From: an uncultured Candidatus Entotheonella sp.
GTDB taxonomy: Bacteria; Tectomicrobia; Entotheonellia; Entotheonellales; Entotheonellaceae
Direction: 5' to 3'
Length of the DNA: 64,000 nucleotides
Assembly: GCA_965217185.1 (NCBI GenBank)
Contig: OZ244252.1
Span: 416,001-480,000, forward strand
The translations under genes were made by a program, and so were the position numbers. Positions 41,234 through 52,239 of this stretch are shown here, piece after piece. The notes under the pieces are model-generated. The model was not told the origin of the DNA. It ran no database searches and saw nothing but the letters and a program-made list of their open reading frames with translations. Position 1 is the stretch's first letter; every line of letters starts with the position of its first letter.

Positions 41234-42289
41234 TTGGATTTTGGCGCCTTTATGGAGTTTGGCAGCCGCCAGGGCAGCAGCCAGACCGACGTGTTCCGCG
41301 AGGGATTCGATTTTGTAGCGGCGGCCGAATCGTGGGGCCTCGACGGCGTGTGGCTGGCGGAGTTCCATTTCAATCCGGTGCGCTCCGTGCTGTCCTCGCC
41401 GATTGTCATCGCGGGCGCCATTGCCTCCCGTACCGTCCGCCTACGCATCGGCATGGCCGTCTACGTTCTGCCCCTGAACAACCCGCTACGGGTCGCCGAG
41501 GAAGTGGCGACCGTGGACCACATCAGCAAGGGCCGCTTCGATTTTGGCGTTGGCCGCAGCGGCTTCGTGCGTTCCTACGACATTTACCGTACCCCATACA
41601 GCGAGAGCCAGGGCCGTTTCCGCGAGGGTCTGGCGATCATTTTGCAAGCCTGGAAGGGCGAGACGTTCTCTTATCACGGCGAATACTTCACGGTGGAAGA
41701 CGCCACCGTATCGCCGCGCCCCTACCAACTGCCGCACCCGCCGCTGCGTATGGCCGCCACGACGGCGGCAACCTTCCCCGAGGTGGGGCGTCTGGGATAT
41801 CCGGTTTTCGTCGGCCTGCGCGGCATGGACATTGCGGAATTGCGGACCCACTTGCAGGCGTACCGCAAGGCTTGGCGCGAGGCCGGGCACGCTGGAGACG
41901 GGGACGTGTATTTGCGCATTCCCATCTACGCGGCCGCCTCGGAGCGCGCGGCGATCGACGAGCCCCGCGAAAGCATCACGTATTACATCTCCCGTCAGAG
42001 CAGCATCGTGGCCCAGGATGCCGCGCGGCGGCGGCCAAGCGACGATGGCGCGCGCTCGCAACAAAGCACCGCCGAGCGCCTGGCCTCTCTGTCTTATGAA
42101 GAAATTCTGGCCACCAAGGTCGCGTTCGGCAGCGCGCAGGGCCTGCAGGATCGACTGCAGCAGTTACAGGAGGAATTGGGCCTGGACGGCGTCGTCGCCG
42201 AACTGAACGCCGGTGGGTTGCTGTCGGCGGATCAGGTGCAAGAAAGCCTGCGCATCCTGACGCACGACGTGATGCCGGCCTTCAAATGA
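41234..42289 (+). CDS. LLM class flavin-dependent oxidoreductase
   Basis: WLAEFHF, PLRVAEEVATVDHISKGRFDFGVGR and PRPYQLPHPP motifs. Confidence 0.92.
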   Translation: MDFGAFMEFGSRQGSSQTDVFREGFDFVAAAESWGLDGVWLAEFHFNPVRSVLSSPIVIAGAIASRTVRLRIGMAVYVLPLNNPLRVAEEVATVDHISKGRFDFGVGRSGFVRSYDIYRTPYSESQGRFREGLAIILQAWKGETFSYHGEYFTVEDATVSPRPYQLPHPPLRMAATTAATFPEVGRLGYPVFVGLRGMDIAELRTHLQAYRKAWREAGHAGDGDVYLRIPIYAAASERAAIDEPRESITYYISRQSSIVAQDAARRRPSDDGARSQQSTAERLASLSYEEILATKVAFGSAQGLQDRLQQLQEELGLDGVVAELNAGGLLSADQVQESLRILTHDVMPAFK

Positions 42290-43025
42290 ACTCGACGGAC
42301 GGAACCGCTGTGTAAGGCGTTTGGCAGGGATGACCGGCGGCGTAGCGGTACACCGGTTTTTGGCCGTTGGCGGGCAGCGCGAGGATGGTGGACGAAACCG
42401 TGCCGTAGTTGTCTGCGTTGCGGTGCATACAGATGGTTTCCCGATTCTGCACGCCGGGCTCGTGATCGCGGCACACCTGTTCGAGGAAGGGTAGCAGGGT
42501 GAGGAGGTCGGTTCGTTCGGTGGCCCGCAAGAGTTGTTGAGCACGGCGTAGGCGGACGGTCTCAAAATCGTTCAGTTCGCCGTTGGCAAGAATGTGCAGT
42601 CCCGGCTGTAGAGGTTGGATGACTGGCTTGTCGTCGTACGCCACCCACATCAGATTACCGCGGTCCATGACAAGCAGATTGAACGGGTTATAGCGCTGCG
42701 GCGGTTGGGTCACAAGGGATTCCGCCACCTCGGCAACGGTCCGGCCTTGCAGAGCCTCCAGGCACACCAGACCCCGTGAACGCCGGTCGGGGTCAGCTTC
42801 CTGTTCCGCATACAGGCGTCGATTGGTTAACCCGACAACCACCCCGTGCTCGTTGACGCCCATCCACGTGCCGCCGGCGCGCTCGTCGCGCCCGCCCCAA
42901 ATCCGGGGTGAGTGAGCCAGCAGGATGGGACCTTGTGTCGGGCGATCGTAGTACTCGTCACGGTTCGCCGCGACGATGATCGGGTAGTCCGGCAACACCC
43001 GGTGGATGACCATTAGAATGCACAT
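42282..43025 (-). CDS. NRDE/TANGO2 family protein
   Basis: MC start, AANRDEYYDRPT, GGTWMG, RSRG and YGTVSST motifs. Confidence 0.9.
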   Translation of the reverse strand: MCILMVIHRVLPDYPIIVAANRDEYYDRPTQGPILLAHSPRIWGGRDERAGGTWMGVNEHGVVVGLTNRRLYAEQEADPDRRSRGLVCLEALQGRTVAEVAESLVTQPPQRYNPFNLLVMDRGNLMWVAYDDKPVIQPLQPGLHILANGELNDFETVRLRRAQQLLRATERTDLLTLLPFLEQVCRDHEPGVQNRETICMHRNADNYGTVSSTILALPANGQKPVYRYAAGHPCQTPYTAVPSVEFI

Positions 43026-43056
43026 GAGTGTTCCCCGAAGCGGGCCGGTTCTCGGC

Positions 43057-43085
43057 TTTACGGAAACAGGCGTAGGCGTTACAAT
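43057..43085 (+). promoter_or_regulatory. Putative sigma70 promoter of korAB
   Basis: TTTACG-N17-TACAAT. Confidence 0.45.
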
Positions 43086-43147
43086 AGATTTTGTTACCCA
43101 ACAACCCCACACATATATAGCCATCCTCCTGAACAGGACTCCATAGC

Positions 43148-44998
43148 ATGACATCACAAGATACGCTCGACAAGCAGGTGGAAGAACTCGAATCGGTCGT
43201 GATTCGCCTCGCTGGAGACTCCGGTGATGGCATGCAGCTTACGGGCGGGCAATTCACCCGTACGACGGCCCTGTTCGGAAACGACATCAGCACTTTGCCC
43301 GACTTCCCGGCGGAAATCCGCGCCCCGGCGGGTTCGTTGCCGGGCGTCAGTTCCTTCCAGTTGAATTTCAGCAGCCACGACATCTACACGCCGGGGGATG
43401 AGCCAAACGTGCTGGTCGCCATGAACCCGGCGGCCTTAAAGGTGCATCTCGACGACCTGGAAGACGGTGGCATTCTCGTCGTCAACACCGATGCTTTCAG
43501 CAGGACGAACCTCCATAAAGCCGGCTACACTGACAATCCCCTCGAAGACGGCAGCCTCTCCAAATACCGCGCCTTCAAGGTCCCCATTACCTCTCTCAAC
43601 GCCAAGGCCCTCGACGGTCTCGACATGACGCAGAGACAAATCGACCGCAGCAAGAATTTCTGGGCGCTGGGGTTGCTCTACTGGTTGTACAACCGACCGT
43701 TGGATGCCAGCCTGCGCTTTCTGGAAGAACGCTTTAAGGAATCAGACCCCGCCGTTTACGAGGCCAACAAACGAGCCCTCTACGCCGGCTACAACTACGG
43801 CGACACCACCGAGATTTTCACCACCGCATACCGAGTCCGCGAAGCGCATCTGCCGGAAGGCACCTATCGCAACATCACCGGCGCCGAAGCGACCGCCATG
43901 GGCTTCGTGACGGGCGCGCGCCTGCACGGCAAACCGATCTTTTACACGGCTTATCCCATCACCCCGGCCAGCGAAGTTCTGCACGACATCGTCCGGTACA
44001 AGCACTTCGGGGTCAAAACCTTCCAGGCGGAAGACGAAATTGCCGCGGTGACCGCCGCTATTGGCGCGGCTTTTGGCGGCAGTCTAGGGCTCACCTGCAC
44101 CAGTGGGCCGGGCGTGGCCCTGAAGAGCGAAGCGATCAATCTTGCGCACATGGTCGAACTGCCCCTGGTGATTGCCGACATTCAACGCGCTGGGCCGAGC
44201 ACCGGCATGCCCACCAAGACCGAGCAGGGCGACCTGCTGCAGTGCATGTTCGGGCGTAACAGTGACTCGGCCTGTGCGATCATCGCACCAGCGACGCCCG
44301 GCGATTGTTTCTACATGGCGATTGAGGCGTTTCGCTTGGCGGTGAAGTTTATGACGCCGGTCTTTTTCCTGTCGGACGGCTACCTCGGCAACGGCGCCGA
44401 GCCGTGGCGCGTTCCGTCGGCAAGTGACCTGGAGCGTTACAGCGTTGTTCACCCTACCGATCCTGAGGACTTTGCGGCATACCGCCGTGACCCCGAGACC
44501 TTGGCGCGGCCTTGGGCGATTCCCGGCACCCCCGGTTTGGAGCACCGCATCGGCGGACTGGAAAAGGCTGATATTACCGGCAACGTTAGCTACGATCCCC
44601 ACAACCACGAGTTAATGACCAAGCTGCGCAACGAAAAGATCGAACGCATCGCCAACGACATCCCGCTGCAAGAGGTTTACGGCGACCCGGAAGGCAGGCT
44701 TTTGGTGCTGAGCTGGGGCAGTACCTACGGTGCGGTGGTTTCCGCGGTGGACAAGCTGCGTGAGCAAGGGGAATCGGTTTCGCATGCCCATCTGCGGTAT
44801 CTCAACCCGCTGCCGAAAAACCTTGGCGACATTCTGCAGCGCTTCGACACGGTGCTGATACCGGAACTCAATCTGGGCCAGCTCCGGATGTTGATCCGGG
44901 CGCGCTTCCTGGTTGACGCCGTTGGCTTGCACAAGGTTCAGGGGGTGCCATTCAAGGTGTCTGAAATTATCCAGAAATGCGAAGAACTTCTTGGCTAA
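43148..44998 (+). CDS. korA: 2-oxoacid:acceptor oxidoreductase alpha subunit
   Basis: AGDSGDGMQLTG, YPITPAS, QAEDEIAA and GPSTGMPTK motifs. Confidence 0.93.
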   Translation: MTSQDTLDKQVEELESVVIRLAGDSGDGMQLTGGQFTRTTALFGNDISTLPDFPAEIRAPAGSLPGVSSFQLNFSSHDIYTPGDEPNVLVAMNPAALKVHLDDLEDGGILVVNTDAFSRTNLHKAGYTDNPLEDGSLSKYRAFKVPITSLNAKALDGLDMTQRQIDRSKNFWALGLLYWLYNRPLDASLRFLEERFKESDPAVYEANKRALYAGYNYGDTTEIFTTAYRVREAHLPEGTYRNITGAEATAMGFVTGARLHGKPIFYTAYPITPASEVLHDIVRYKHFGVKTFQAEDEIAAVTAAIGAAFGGSLGLTCTSGPGVALKSEAINLAHMVELPLVIADIQRAGPSTGMPTKTEQGDLLQCMFGRNSDSACAIIAPATPGDCFYMAIEAFRLAVKFMTPVFFLSDGYLGNGAEPWRVPSASDLERYSVVHPTDPEDFAAYRRDPETLARPWAIPGTPGLEHRIGGLEKADITGNVSYDPHNHELMTKLRNEKIERIANDIPLQEVYGDPEGRLLVLSWGSTYGAVVSAVDKLREQGESVSHAHLRYLNPLPKNLGDILQRFDTVLIPELNLGQLRMLIRARFLVDAVGLHKVQGVPFKVSEIIQKCEELLG

Positions 44999-45010
44999 GG
45001 ATTCCATGGC

Positions 45011-46054
45011 ATGAGTGAAGCGACGAACGGCAAAGTGAACGGTGCGGCGGCGGTTTTGACACGTAAGGACTTCACCTCCGACCAGGAGGTGCGGTGGTGT
45101 CCGGGATGCGGCGACTATTCGATTTTGGCGCAGACCCAGAAGGTCATGCCGGACCTGGGTGTGCCGCGCGAGAAAATCGTTTTTGTGTCCGGTATCGGTT
45201 GCTCGAGCCGTTTTCCCTACTACATGCAGACGTACGGGTTCCACACCATTCACGGCCGCGCGCCGGCCATTGCCACGGGCCTGAAAGCCAGCCGGCCTGA
45301 CCTGATGGTGTGGGTGATTACCGGAGACGGTGACGCCCTGAGCATTGGCGGCAACCACATCCTGCACGTGCTGCGGCGCAACGTTGACGTCAAGATCGTG
45401 CTGTTCAACAATCGCATCTACGGCCTGACCAAGGGCCAATACTCGCCCACGTCGGAACTCGGCAAGAAGGTCAAGTCGGCCCCCATGGGGGTGCCCGACG
45501 CGCCGCTTTCGCCCTTGTCGGTTGCCATCGGCGCCGAGGCGACGTTCGTCGCCCGCACGGTTGATACGGACACCAAACACCTGGTTGCGACGCTGGAGCG
45601 CGCCGCGGCGCACAAAGGCACGGCGTTTGTCGAGGTGTATCAGAATTGCAACATTTATAATGACCACGCCTTTGCCTACATGACGGAACGCAGTGTGCGC
45701 GATGATCGCACGCTGTACCTGCAGCACGGCGAGCCGATGCGCTTTGGCAAGGAGCGCCAGCGCGGCATCCGGTTACGCGGCCTGGACCCGGAAGTGGTGA
45801 CGATCGGTGAGGATGGCGTCAGCGAGGAGGACTTGCTGCGGCATGATGAGCACAGGCCGGAAGGGACCTTGGCGTATCTGCTGAGCCGTCTGGATTATCC
45901 CGAATTCCCAGTGCCGGTCGGGGTGCTTCGGGACGTGCAGCGACCGACGTATGACGGCATCTTGGAGGAACAGGAGGCACAGGCTCAGCAGCGCCACGGT
46001 ACGGGCGATTTGGACGCCTTGTTCAACCAGGGTGATACCTGGGTTGTGGGGTAG
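45011..46054 (+). CDS. korB: 2-oxoacid:ferredoxin oxidoreductase beta subunit
   Basis: WCPGCGD, SGIGCSSR, TPP-binding GDGD...NN and YGLTKGQYSPT motifs. Confidence 0.93.
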   Translation: MSEATNGKVNGAAAVLTRKDFTSDQEVRWCPGCGDYSILAQTQKVMPDLGVPREKIVFVSGIGCSSRFPYYMQTYGFHTIHGRAPAIATGLKASRPDLMVWVITGDGDALSIGGNHILHVLRRNVDVKIVLFNNRIYGLTKGQYSPTSELGKKVKSAPMGVPDAPLSPLSVAIGAEATFVARTVDTDTKHLVATLERAAAHKGTAFVEVYQNCNIYNDHAFAYMTERSVRDDRTLYLQHGEPMRFGKERQRGIRLRGLDPEVVTIGEDGVSEEDLLRHDEHRPEGTLAYLLSRLDYPEFPVPVGVLRDVQRPTYDGILEEQEAQAQQRHGTGDLDALFNQGDTWVVG

Positions 46055-46069
46055 GCACGGGCGTCAGGC

Positions 46070-48886
46070 TCAAGCGTTGAGCATGTCCCGCAAGACAGTT
46101 TGCAGAATCCCGCCATTCCGGTAGTACGTCACTTCAACCTGTGAATTGATCCGCACGATGGCCTGGAAGCGTTTCTCGGCGCCCGTCGCCACATCCCGCG
46201 CCTGTACCGTCACTTCCTGCTGGGGCTGAATGTCGTCCCCAATCCCCTCAATGTCATACACTTCCAGGCCCGTCAAACCCAGCGAAGCAGCGTTGTCACC
46301 GTCCTTGAATTGCAGCGGCAGCACCCCCATGGCAACCAGATTGCTGCGATGGATGCGCTCGTAGTTCTCCGTCAGAATGGCCTTGACCCCCAACAGAAAA
46401 GCGCCCTTGGCAGCCCAGTCGCGGGAACTGCCGGAGCCGTATTCCTTGCCGGCGATCACCAGTAAGGGCGTCCCCTCCTCTTGGTACCGCACGCCAGCCT
46501 CGAAAATGCTCATGCGCTCGCCGGCCTCGGCGCTCCCGGCATCGGGTGGCAGATACACCGTGACGCCGCCTTCGGTGCCCGGGACAAGCTGGTTCCGCAA
46601 CCGGATGTTGGCAAACGTGCCCCGCATCATGACTTCGTGATTGCCGCGCCGGGCGCCGAAGGAGTTGAAGTCCTTGGGCTCGACGCCCTGTTCGATCAGA
46701 TGGCGACCGGCGGGTCCGCTCGCCGGAATGGAGCCGGCCGGCGAGATGTGATCCGTGGTTACGGAATCACCGAGCAGCGCCAGCACGCGTGCCCCGGTGA
46801 TGCTGGCTACCGGCGGCACCTCGGGCGTCAGGTCGGCGAAGAACGGCGGTTCCTGCACGTAGGTCGAGGCGGTGTCCCAGGCGTACAGTTCTCCTTCCGG
46901 CACGGCGAGCTTGGCCCAGGCGTCGCTGCCCTCAAAGACGGCATCGTAAGCCGTCTCGAACAGTTCCGGGCTTAGTGCCTCCTGCATGGCGGTGCGGACT
47001 TCGGTTTGCGAGGGCCAGACGTCGCGCAGGTAAACGGGGTCGCCGAGGGCGTCGTGGCCAAGCGGGTCGGTCTGCGGATCGAAGTCCACCGTGCCGGCCA
47101 GTGCATAGGCCACCACCAGCGGCGGCGAGGCCAGATAATTCGCCTTGGCGGCAGCGTGCACGCGACCCTCAAAGTTCCGATTGCCACTCAGGACGGCGGC
47201 CACCACCAAGTCATTGTCCGTGATGGCGTTGTTGACGCTTTCCAGAATCGGGCCGCTGTTGCCGATGCAGGTGGTACAGCCGTAGCCGATGGCGTGGAAT
47301 CCTAATGCTTGCAGGTATGGGGTCAGACCGGCCGCTTGTAAATACCGTGTGACCACCCGCGATCCTGGCGCCAGGCTCGTTTTTACGTACGCCGGTACCC
47401 GCAGGCCCCGCTCGACGGCTTTCTTGGCCAGCAGCCCGGCGCCGATCATGACGGAAGGATTGGAGGTGTTGGTGCAGCTTGTGATAGCCGCGATGATGAC
47501 CGAACCGTGTGTAATCGAGGTCGCCTCGCCGCGCGCCTCAACCGGCACCCGGTAACCGCTGTACAGATCGCGGCGTTTGGTCAGAGGCTCCTGCCATGCC
47601 GCCGGCGCTTCCGCGTCGCCCTCTAGCCAACTCCGGTAATCCGATGACGTATTGACTTCGACTTGCGTGTTGTAGCCGGTCGGCAACGCCTGCCGGAACG
47701 TGCGGCGCGCCTCGCGCAGCGGCACGCGGTCCTGGGGCCGCTTTGGGCCGGCAATGCTCGGCTCGATCGTTCCCAGGTCGAGGTCAACCGTATCGCTGAA
47801 TTCCGGCTGCGGGCTGTCGTCGGTGCGGAATAGCCCCTGCTCCTTGGTGTATCGTTCGACAAGTTCCACGTGCGCCGCGCTGCGTCCGGTTGCCCTCAGG
47901 AACTTCAGTGTTTCCTCATCCACAGGGAAAAAGCCAATCGTCGCGCCGTATTCGGGCGACATGTTGGCAATGGTGGCGCGGTCCGCCAGACTCAGCTTGC
48001 TGATGCCGGGGCCGTAGTATTCGACGAACTTATCGACCACCCCTTTGGCACGCAACAGTTGCGTGACGGTGAGCACCAGATCCGTTGCCGTGGCGCCTTC
48101 CGGAAGCTCGCCGCTCAACTTGACCCCGACAACCTGCGGCGCCAGCATGTACAGCGGCTGCCCCAGCATGACCGCTTCCGCCTCGATGCCGCCTACCCCC
48201 CAACCTACAACGCCCAACCCGTTGATCATCGTCGTGTGGGAATCCGTGCCGACCAGGGAGTCGGGAAGCGCCACCGTATCGCCGCCGTTTTTCCGGGTCT
48301 GTACAACCGAGGCGAGGTATTCGAGATTGACCTGATGGACGATGCCGGTCGACGGCGGGATTACCCTGAAATTGGCAAATGCCTTCTGTCCCCAGCGCAG
48401 GAATTCATAGCGTTCGCGGTTACGCTCGAATTCGCGCTCGGTGTTGAACGCCAAGGCCGACAGCGAGCCGAAGCGATCCACCTGTATCGAGTGATCGACG
48501 ACCAGATCGACTTGGGTAATCGGATTGATGCGCTTGGGCTCGCCGCCAAGCCGGTGCATGGCCGAGCGCAGGGCGGCGAGGTCGGCGACCGCTGGCAAGC
48601 CCGTATAGTCCTGCAGCAGCACCCGCGACGGCACAAAAGGGAGCTCACGCGCGCTCGGTTGCGCTGCCTGCCACTGCACCAGGTCGCTGACGTCATCGGT
48701 GGAAGCGCCGAGGCCGTCGCACCGCCGCAGGATGGCCTCGAGAATCACCTTGAGGGAATAGGGCAGGCGCGATATGGCGCCGATTCCTTCCTCTTCCAGC
48801 CGGTTGAGACGATACATCACCGCCGTTCCGCTTCCGGTCTCGAAGACGGCGCGCGAGCCGAATGGGTCCTGATGGGGTTGGGTCAT
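46070..48886 (-). CDS. acnA: Aconitate hydratase A
   Basis: [27 protein letters not shown] and [12 protein letters not shown] motifs. Confidence 0.97.
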   Translation of the reverse strand: MTQPHQDPFGSRAVFETGSGTAVMYRLNRLEEEGIGAISRLPYSLKVILEAILRRCDGLGASTDDVSDLVQWQAAQPSARELPFVPSRVLLQDYTGLPAVADLAALRSAMHRLGGEPKRINPITQVDLVVDHSIQVDRFGSLSALAFNTEREFERNRERYEFLRWGQKAFANFRVIPPSTGIVHQVNLEYLASVVQTRKNGGDTVALPDSLVGTDSHTTMINGLGVVGWGVGGIEAEAVMLGQPLYMLAPQVVGVKLSGELPEGATATDLVLTVTQLLRAKGVVDKFVEYYGPGISKLSLADRATIANMSPEYGATIGFFPVDEETLKFLRATGRSAAHVELVERYTKEQGLFRTDDSPQPEFSDTVDLDLGTIEPSIAGPKRPQDRVPLREARRTFRQALPTGYNTQVEVNTSSDYRSWLEGDAEAPAAWQEPLTKRRDLYSGYRVPVEARGEATSITHGSVIIAAITSCTNTSNPSVMIGAGLLAKKAVERGLRVPAYVKTSLAPGSRVVTRYLQAAGLTPYLQALGFHAIGYGCTTCIGNSGPILESVNNAITDNDLVVAAVLSGNRNFEGRVHAAAKANYLASPPLVVAYALAGTVDFDPQTDPLGHDALGDPVYLRDVWPSQTEVRTAMQEALSPELFETAYDAVFEGSDAWAKLAVPEGELYAWDTASTYVQEPPFFADLTPEVPPVASITGARVLALLGDSVTTDHISPAGSIPASGPAGRHLIEQGVEPKDFNSFGARRGNHEVMMRGTFANIRLRNQLVPGTEGGVTVYLPPDAGSAEAGERMSIFEAGVRYQEEGTPLLVIAGKEYGSGSSRDWAAKGAFLLGVKAILTENYERIHRSNLVAMGVLPLQFKDGDNAASLGLTGLEVYDIEGIGDDIQPQQEVTVQARDVATGAEKRFQAIVRINSQVEVTYYRNGGILQTVLRDMLNA

Positions 48887-48931
48887 GGAGCTAACCTCGC
48901 TGGCGTTGTAAACGTTCGGATGTTTACCGTT

Positions 48932-49999
48932 CTAATTCTTCTGACGGCGCTGACGTGAAGCCTGGGCCAGAAGCTCCAGCATCGGTTCGGTCGTGTCCCA
49001 AGACATACAGGCGTCGGTGATGCTCTGCCCGTAGGTCAACGACTGCACGTCGTCGCCAAGGGGCTGATTGCCCTCGACCAGGTGACTTTCCATCATGACG
49101 CCGAAGACATGGGAGGACTCGGAGCTGACTTGCTCGGCAAGGGACTCCACCACAGCAGGTTGATTGGCGTGCTTCTTGCGGCTGTTGCCGTGGCTGCAGT
49201 CGACCATGACGCGGCCTGCCAAGCCGGCCGCATCGAGCTTTTCCGCCACACTTTCGACGTTCTCACGGTCGAAGTTGGTGCCGGCGTTGGAGCCGCGCAG
49301 AATCACGTGGCAGTAATTGTTGCCGCCCGTCTCGACGATGGCCGCGACGCCTTGCTTGCTAACGCCGAGGAAGTGATGCGGGCGCTGGGCGGCTCCGATC
49401 GCGTCGATGGCGATCTGGATGTTGCCGTCCGTGCCGTTCTTGAAGCCAACCGGCATGGACAGACCTGAGGCCAACTCCCGATGCACCTGGCTTTCCGTCG
49501 TGCGCGCCCCAATGGCGCCCCAGGAAATGAGGTCGGCGGTGAACTGCGGGCTGATGGTATCGAGGAATTCCGAACCCGCCGGCACGCCCATGTTGCCGAG
49601 GTCGAGCAGCAGTCGCCGGGCTTTGCGCAGCCCCTGGTTGATGGCGAAGCTGCCGTTGAGATTCGGATCGTTGATCAGGCCCTTCCAGCCCACCGTGGTG
49701 CGGGGCTTCTCGAAATAGACCCGCATGATTACGCACAGATCGTCGCTCAGGCGATCGGCGCATTTGGACAGCAGGCCGGCGTATTCAATGGCCGCTTCGG
49801 TGTCGTGGATGGAGCAGGGGCCAACAATGACCAGGAGCCGGTCATCCTCGCCGTTCACGATGGCGGCGGCCTCTTGGCGGGCCCTGGTCACCGTTTCCGA
49901 TGCCTTTTCCGTGATGGGCAACTCTTCCTCGACCAGCACCGCCGGTGGGATGAGAGGCCGTAGATTGGCGATTCGAAGATCGTCCGTCCGCTGGAGCAT
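48932..49999 (-). CDS. 3-deoxy-7-phosphoheptulonate (DAHP) synthase, type I-alpha (AroF/G/H)
   Basis: GPCSIHD, KPRTTVGWKG, GARTTESQVHR and DCSHGNS motifs. Confidence 0.95.
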   Translation of the reverse strand: MLQRTDDLRIANLRPLIPPAVLVEEELPITEKASETVTRARQEAAAIVNGEDDRLLVIVGPCSIHDTEAAIEYAGLLSKCADRLSDDLCVIMRVYFEKPRTTVGWKGLINDPNLNGSFAINQGLRKARRLLLDLGNMGVPAGSEFLDTISPQFTADLISWGAIGARTTESQVHRELASGLSMPVGFKNGTDGNIQIAIDAIGAAQRPHHFLGVSKQGVAAIVETGGNNYCHVILRGSNAGTNFDRENVESVAEKLDAAGLAGRVMVDCSHGNSRKKHANQPAVVESLAEQVSSESSHVFGVMMESHLVEGNQPLGDDVQSLTYGQSITDACMSWDTTEPMLELLAQASRQRRQKN

Positions 50000-50071
50000 G
50001 GGATGGTTTTCCTCTTCTGAGGTCAACAAATTGCGTGCCGTGCAATGGCAGTCAGGGTATTAGAAGGCGCT

Positions 50072-50100
50072 ATGCTAAGTCCGAATCCGCCATCGGTCAA
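50072..50100 (-). promoter_or_regulatory. Putative sigma70 promoter of the DAHP synthase-acnA unit
   Basis: Minus strand TTGACC-N17-TAGCAT. Confidence 0.5.
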
Positions 50101-50203
50101 GGCACTGCGCGGGTGAACCGATTGATTCAACGATGCTTGGAACAACTAGGAAGGAACGGGGCGTTAGCGGTGGGCCGCCGTCACGCCCCTGCAGACTTGT
50201 GGC

Positions 50204-51103
50204 TTACTTGATCGCCCCTGCCGTCAGGCCGGAGACGTAGTAATCCATGAAGAACGCATAGATCACGATGACGGGTATGGAACCCATCAGGCAGGCGGCC
50301 ATCAGCGAGCCCCAGAAGTAGATGTCGCCGCGCACCAACTCCGTGAGTACGCCGACCGACAGGGTCTTCTGGAGCTCGTCCTGGATGAACACGAGGGTGT
50401 ACAGGAACTCGTTCCAGCACAGGGTGAACGAGAACAGCACGGCGCAGGCCACCCCCGGCAGGGCCATCGGCAGGACGATGGTGACCAGGGTGCGCATGCG
50501 GCTGGCGCCGTCGATGTAGGCGCACTCCTCGACCTCGAACGGCACGGTGCGGAAGTAGCCCATCAACAGCCAGGTGACGAACGGGATCAGGAACGTCGGG
50601 TAGGTGAGGATCAACGACCAGTACGTGTCGCGAACCGGTATGAAGTCGTCGATAAAATTGATCACGTTGATGAGCGGCAGGAACAGCAGCGCCTGGGGCA
50701 CCAGGTAGGTGATGAACACCGCCACCCCGAACAACTCGACGCCCCGGAAGCGCAGCCGGGCGAGGGCGTAGGCTGCCAGGATGCCCACCGTCACGGAGAT
50801 GAGCGTCGAGACCGCGGTGACGATGAAGGTGTTCAGCAGCCAGTAGTCGAAGAAGTGGGTGTTTTCGGCCAGGTAGATGTAATTATCCAGCGTGATGCCG
50901 GTGGCCCAGAACGGCGACGTGCCGAGGTTGTTGATTTCCTGCTTCGACTTCAGGGAGGTGATGAACATGATGTACAGGGGGAAGAGCGAAAAGGCGATGT
51001 AAGGGAGGAGACTGGCATACGTCACGATCTCCTTACGGATGCGCCACATGGGCGTTTTGGTTTTCGCCCCCAATCCCACCGTGCTGATTGCGCTAGACGC
51101 CAT
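50204..51103 (-). CDS. Carbohydrate ABC transporter permease (MalG-like)
   Basis: EAA loop EECAYIDGAS, WNEFLY and C-terminal GLTAGAIK. Confidence 0.92.
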   Translation of the reverse strand: MASSAISTVGLGAKTKTPMWRIRKEIVTYASLLPYIAFSLFPLYIMFITSLKSKQEINNLGTSPFWATGITLDNYIYLAENTHFFDYWLLNTFIVTAVSTLISVTVGILAAYALARLRFRGVELFGVAVFITYLVPQALLFLPLINVINFIDDFIPVRDTYWSLILTYPTFLIPFVTWLLMGYFRTVPFEVEECAYIDGASRMRTLVTIVLPMALPGVACAVLFSFTLCWNEFLYTLVFIQDELQKTLSVGVLTELVRGDIYFWGSLMAACLMGSIPVIVIYAFFMDYYVSGLTAGAIK

Positions 51104-52130
51104 AGCCTGTCTCCTTTCGTACCATCTTGAGCTGGAAGATCACCACCAGCAGCAGGATGGGGAACAAGAACAGAGATATGGCCGCCCCGAGGCCGATATC
51201 CTGATTGAGAATGCCGACCGTGAACGAATAGGTGGCAAAGAGATGGGTGTAGTTCATCGGTCCCCCGCGCGTCAGCACGTACACAATGCCGAAATCGGCC
51301 AAGGTGAAAATGGTGGAAAAGAGAATGACCACGGCCATGACCGGCCGCAGCAGCGGCAGCGTCACGTGCCAGAATTTGCGCAGCGTGGAGGCGCCGTCCG
51401 TTTCCGCCGCTTCGTAGAGCTGTTCCGGGATGGCCACTAGGCCCGCAAAAATGGTGACCGCAAAAAACGGCATGCCGCGCCAGAAATTCACGAAGATGAC
51501 CGAGCTCAGGGCCAGGGTCGGATTGCCCAGCCATTGGTAGGGTCCCAGGCCGAGGAGATTGAGCGGCCAGAGGTTCTCCAGCAGCCAGTTGATGTGGCTG
51601 TAGGTCGGGTCCAAGATCAGCCACCAGCCCAGCGTCGTAAGCACGGTGGGTGCGACGAACGGCACCAGAATAGAGCCGCGAATGAAGCGCTTCATCTTGG
51701 TCGCCCGTTGCATCAACAGCGCTGCCCCGAGCCCGAAAACGCCTTTCAGCACGACGGAAAAGATGGCGAACAAGAGGGTATTTCGCAGCGTTAGCAGGAA
51801 GATGTCATCGGCAAGCGACAGGTCCCAGGAAAAGCCTCTGAACTTGAGATACCAGGGCAGGTCCTCGCCCTCGTACATGATGCCGAAGAGGTACATGAAA
51901 TTTTCCAGGCCGACCCACTGGCCCGGTTCGCCAATCATGGTGTCGCTCAGGCTGAACCAGATAGCCAAAAAGAAGGGGTATAGGACCAGGCAGGCCATGA
52001 TGATGACGGCGGGCAGGATAAAACCATAGCCGTCAAGGTCAGGGCCTAACGAACGGCGCCAGCGTCGTCGATTTGCCGCCGTCAAGTCTCGACCGACAAG
52101 AACCTGTTCTCTTGTGTTGGAGATCGCCAT
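51093..52130 (-). CDS. Carbohydrate ABC transporter permease (MalF-like)
   Basis: VGLENF, LYEAAETDGA and LTRGGP motifs. Confidence 0.92.
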   Translation of the reverse strand: MAISNTREQVLVGRDLTAANRRRWRRSLGPDLDGYGFILPAVIIMACLVLYPFFLAIWFSLSDTMIGEPGQWVGLENFMYLFGIMYEGEDLPWYLKFRGFSWDLSLADDIFLLTLRNTLLFAIFSVVLKGVFGLGAALLMQRATKMKRFIRGSILVPFVAPTVLTTLGWWLILDPTYSHINWLLENLWPLNLLGLGPYQWLGNPTLALSSVIFVNFWRGMPFFAVTIFAGLVAIPEQLYEAAETDGASTLRKFWHVTLPLLRPVMAVVILFSTIFTLADFGIVYVLTRGGPMNYTHLFATYSFTVGILNQDIGLGAAISLFLFPILLLVVIFQLKMVRKETGYGV

Positions 52131-52176
52131 CCTTTGACCTCTCTTGGGAGTTGAAGAACGCCCTCCGGTGGGAGGG

Positions 52177-52216
52177 AAAAAATAACCGGCGCTGGTGGCG
52201 TCACCGCCAGCGCCGG
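52177..52216 (-). terminator. Intrinsic terminator or mRNA-stabilising hairpin after the binding-protein gene
   Basis: Minus strand CCGGCGCTGGCGG tgacg CCACCAGCGCCGG followed by TTATTTTTT. Confidence 0.7.
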
Positions 52217-52239
52217 GCAACTGCGACGCGACCCGTCGG

